DNA of 64,000 bases. It comes from Nocardioidaceae bacterium. GTDB lineage: Bacteria; Actinomycetota; Actinomycetes; Propionibacteriales; Nocardioidaceae. Where the stretch lies: assembly GCA_035706365.1 (NCBI GenBank), contig DASSVD010000236.1, positions 1,526 to 65,525 on the forward strand. The letters are read 5' to 3'. This document shows positions 61,986 to 64,000 of the stretch, in pieces; the first letter of the stretch is position 1, and every line of letters starts with the position of its first letter. The position numbers and the translations under genes were made by a program. The notes beneath the pieces were generated by a model. It was not told the DNA's origin. It saw only the letters and a list, made by a program, of their open reading frames with translations, and ran no database searches.

Positions 61986-62516
61986 ATGCGGGAGCGGACC
62001 CTGCGCAAGCAGCTCGTCCTGGGCGCCATGGTCGCCGTCGTCACGGCCGTGGTCGCGCCGGGGGTGTGGCTGGCCCTGCGCGATGCGGTGGACGCGGTCC
62101 GCGCCGGCGACGGGTCCACCGCGACGGCGCAGGGGGTGACCGCACTGGTCCTCGTCGCCGTCCCCGTGTTGGCGCTCGCGGCGTACGCGCACTGGCTGAC
62201 CGCGACCACCCGGCGCCGTGCGGGCGAAGGTACGGAGGACACCACGAGCACCGGGAGCACCGGGAGCACCGGGAGCACCGCGGGCGTCGGCGCCAAGCTG
62301 CTGGTCGGCCTGCTCGTGCTCGCCCTGCTCGTCGTCGCGTGGCCCGCGACCCGCTGCCTGGCTCTGACCGCCGGTGACGCCTGGGCCGACGGCGCACTGA
62401 CCACGGCGGTCCCGGCGGCGCTCGCGGTGCCGGCCTACCTGGCGTTCGTGGTGTTCTGCGTGGTGCGCTACCTGCGGTGGCTGCGCCGCCGCTCCCCCGC
62501 CCGGCGCGGCTGGTAG
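61986..62516 (+). CDS. Hypothetical membrane protein (four TM helices) with an STG repeat loop
   Basis: Four hydrophobic segments; GAGCACCGG tandem repeats encode STGSTGSTG. Confidence 0.65.
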   Translation: MRERTLRKQLVLGAMVAVVTAVVAPGVWLALRDAVDAVRAGDGSTATAQGVTALVLVAVPVLALAAYAHWLTATTRRRAGEGTEDTTSTGSTGSTGSTAGVGAKLLVGLLVLALLVVAWPATRCLALTAGDAWADGALTTAVPAALAVPAYLAFVVFCVVRYLRWLRRRSPARRGW

Positions 62517-62797
62517 TCCCGGATCAGGCCCACCGTGCGCAGGGCCCGGGCCACCAGCACCAGGACCAGCAGCGCGCACACCGTCGCGCCCACGCTCGCT
62601 CCGAGGGTGAACGCCCAGGCCCCGGCGTTGCCCTGCCGGGCCAACCGGCCGAACTCGACCGCCGCACGGACCAGGAACACCCAGGCGACGGCGGAGAGGA
62701 TCGCTCCCAGCGCCATCGCCGTCGTCATCGCCAGCACCGGCAACCCCGGCGCGCGGGCCCGCTCGCGGTTGACGCGTTGTCCTCCCCGGGTGGTCAC
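62468..62797 (-). CDS. Small two-TM membrane protein with basic tail
   Basis: AVAWVFLVRAAVEFG...AWAFTLGASVGA. CATAAT -10 box 6 nt before GTG 62797. Confidence 0.6.
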   Translation of the reverse strand: MTTRGGQRVNRERARAPGLPVLAMTTAMALGAILSAVAWVFLVRAAVEFGRLARQGNAGAWAFTLGASVGATVCALLVLVLVARALRTVGLIRDYQPRRAGERRRSHRR

Positions 62798-63011
62798 GGG
62801 CGGATTATGGCACCCGTCCTGCCCGGGGACGGGTTGGCCGGTACCTCCCCGATGGGACTTTCCTCCTGTGCCGTCCCGGCTCACCTGAACCACGACGGGC
62901 ATGACCCACGTGCCCGCATGGGCACGCCTTTCCTTGTCCTGATGTGCCATCGATTCCCATCCTCGATCCGTACTACGTTCGCAACGCCGGGATTTCGGGA
63001 GCGGGGTTGGG

Positions 63012-64000
63012 GTGAACGTCTTGTCTTTGCATGCGAACGAGCACGTGCCGTGGGGGCCTGAGGAGCACGACGAGGGCCGGGGGCACAACGAGAGTCGGGT
63101 GCACCGGGACCACAGTTCGGTGTGGTGCCTCCCGCACAAGCGCCAGGAGCGCAATCTGCACGATCCGCGCGTGAGCGTGGTGATTCCGGCCCGCAACGAG
63201 GCCAAGAACCTGCCGGCGGTGATCGCACGACTGCCCGAAGGGTTGCACGAGGTGATCCTGGTGGACGGCGCGTCGGTGGACACCACCGTCGAGGTCGCCC
63301 GCCGGCTGATCCCGGACGTCGTGGTCGTGGAGCAGACCGGGAACGGGAAGGGCAACGCGCTGGCCATCGGCTTGCACGCTGCCACCGGCGACATCCTGGT
63401 CACCGTCGACGCCGACGGCTCGACCGACCCCGCGGAGATCCCGCGGTTCGTCTCGGCGCTGGTGGCCGGCGCGGACTTCGTCAAGGGGTCGCGCTTCGCC
63501 TCGGGCGGCGGCAGCGCGGACATCACGCTGGCCCGTCGCCTGGGCAACCGGGTGCTCACCGGGATGGTCAACCGCGTCTACGGGACCCACTACACCGACC
63601 TGTGCTACGGGTTCACCGCGTTCTGGGCGGACTGCCTGCCGGTGCTGCAGTCGGTCAGTCCGCTGCTGAACGTCGAGCCCGGGCACGACGAGTCGCCGTT
63701 CGGCAGCGGCTTCGAGGTGGAGACGGTGATCAACGTCCGCGCGGCCAAGGCGGCGCTGCGGGTGTGGGAGGTGCCCAGCTACGAGCTGCGCCGGATGTAC
63801 GGCGCGAGCAACTTGTCCGCGCTGCGCGACGGGCTGCGGGTCGCGCGCCGGATCTGGAGCGAGAGTCCGGCGTTCGCGGCGCGCTACCACAAGACCATGT
63901 CCGCGCCCCTCGAGGCGGTGGGCGGCCAGCTGCCCAACCCGGTGCGCGCCCTGCCGACGCAGCGGGTCCGGTCGCAGGTCCCCGGCGTACCCGTCGAGCA
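63012..64000 (+). CDS. GT2 glycosyltransferase (DPM-synthase-like), 3'-truncated by the window edge
   Basis: Absent from the track because it has no stop. VSVVIPARNEAKN (63171), VDGASVD, GKGNAL, DADGS and GFEVET motifs. Frame is open from GTG 63012. Confidence 0.9.
   Translation, partial: MNVLSLHANEHVPWGPEEHDEGRGHNESRVHRDHSSVWCLPHKRQERNLHDPRVSVVIPARNEAKNLPAVIARLPEGLHEVILVDGASVDTTVEVARRLIPDVVVVEQTGNGKGNALAIGLHAATGDILVTVDADGSTDPAEIPRFVSALVAGADFVKGSRFASGGGSADITLARRLGNRVLTGMVNRVYGTHYTDLCYGFTAFWADCLPVLQSVSPLLNVEPGHDESPFGSGFEVETVINVRAAKAALRVWEVPSYELRRMYGASNLSALRDGLRVARRIWSESPAFAARYHKTMSAPLEAVGGQLPNPVRALPTQRVRSQVPGVPVE

Overview
Very GC-rich actinobacterial chromosome segment; the style of the repeats and the gene content suggest a Nocardioides/Marmoricola-like organism (inference). 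Most of it is housekeeping and metabolic DNA: marR-dinB-OYE divergent from a FUSC exporter; an ectABCD-betBAT osmolyte cluster; a SWIM-SNF2 helicase; a secreted phosphodiester-glycosidase/metallophosphoesterase; a TetR-glycosyltransferase pair; a LacI/PhyH-dioxygenase pair next to a YtfQRT-like sugar ABC transporter, GH2, DeoR and aldose epimerase; dehydrogenases; acoAB with a stand-alone lipoyl protein; recCBD; a PLD-helicase-DUF3427 (SauUSI-like) nuclease; and nrdR-nrdJ. I saw no rRNA, tRNA, CRISPR array, integrase or transposase. Many ORFs in the supplied track are antisense artefacts or have over-extended starts, which I corrected using RBS, GTGA/ATGA overlaps and leaderless -10 boxes. The most interesting signals the track does not explain are: (1) an unlisted 40-aa ORF translationally coupled to a Cys/His-motif membrane protein, beside the type IV restriction-like gene; (2) a 32-bp tandem repeat family at four loci, always between convergent genes and anchored at stop codons; (3) a second repeat family that is intergenic at two loci and in-frame inside nrdJ; (4) a frameshifted Lsr2-like DNA-binding mini-gene; (5) a probable galactofuranose-scavenging locus with a LacI-controlled Fe/2OG dioxygenase.
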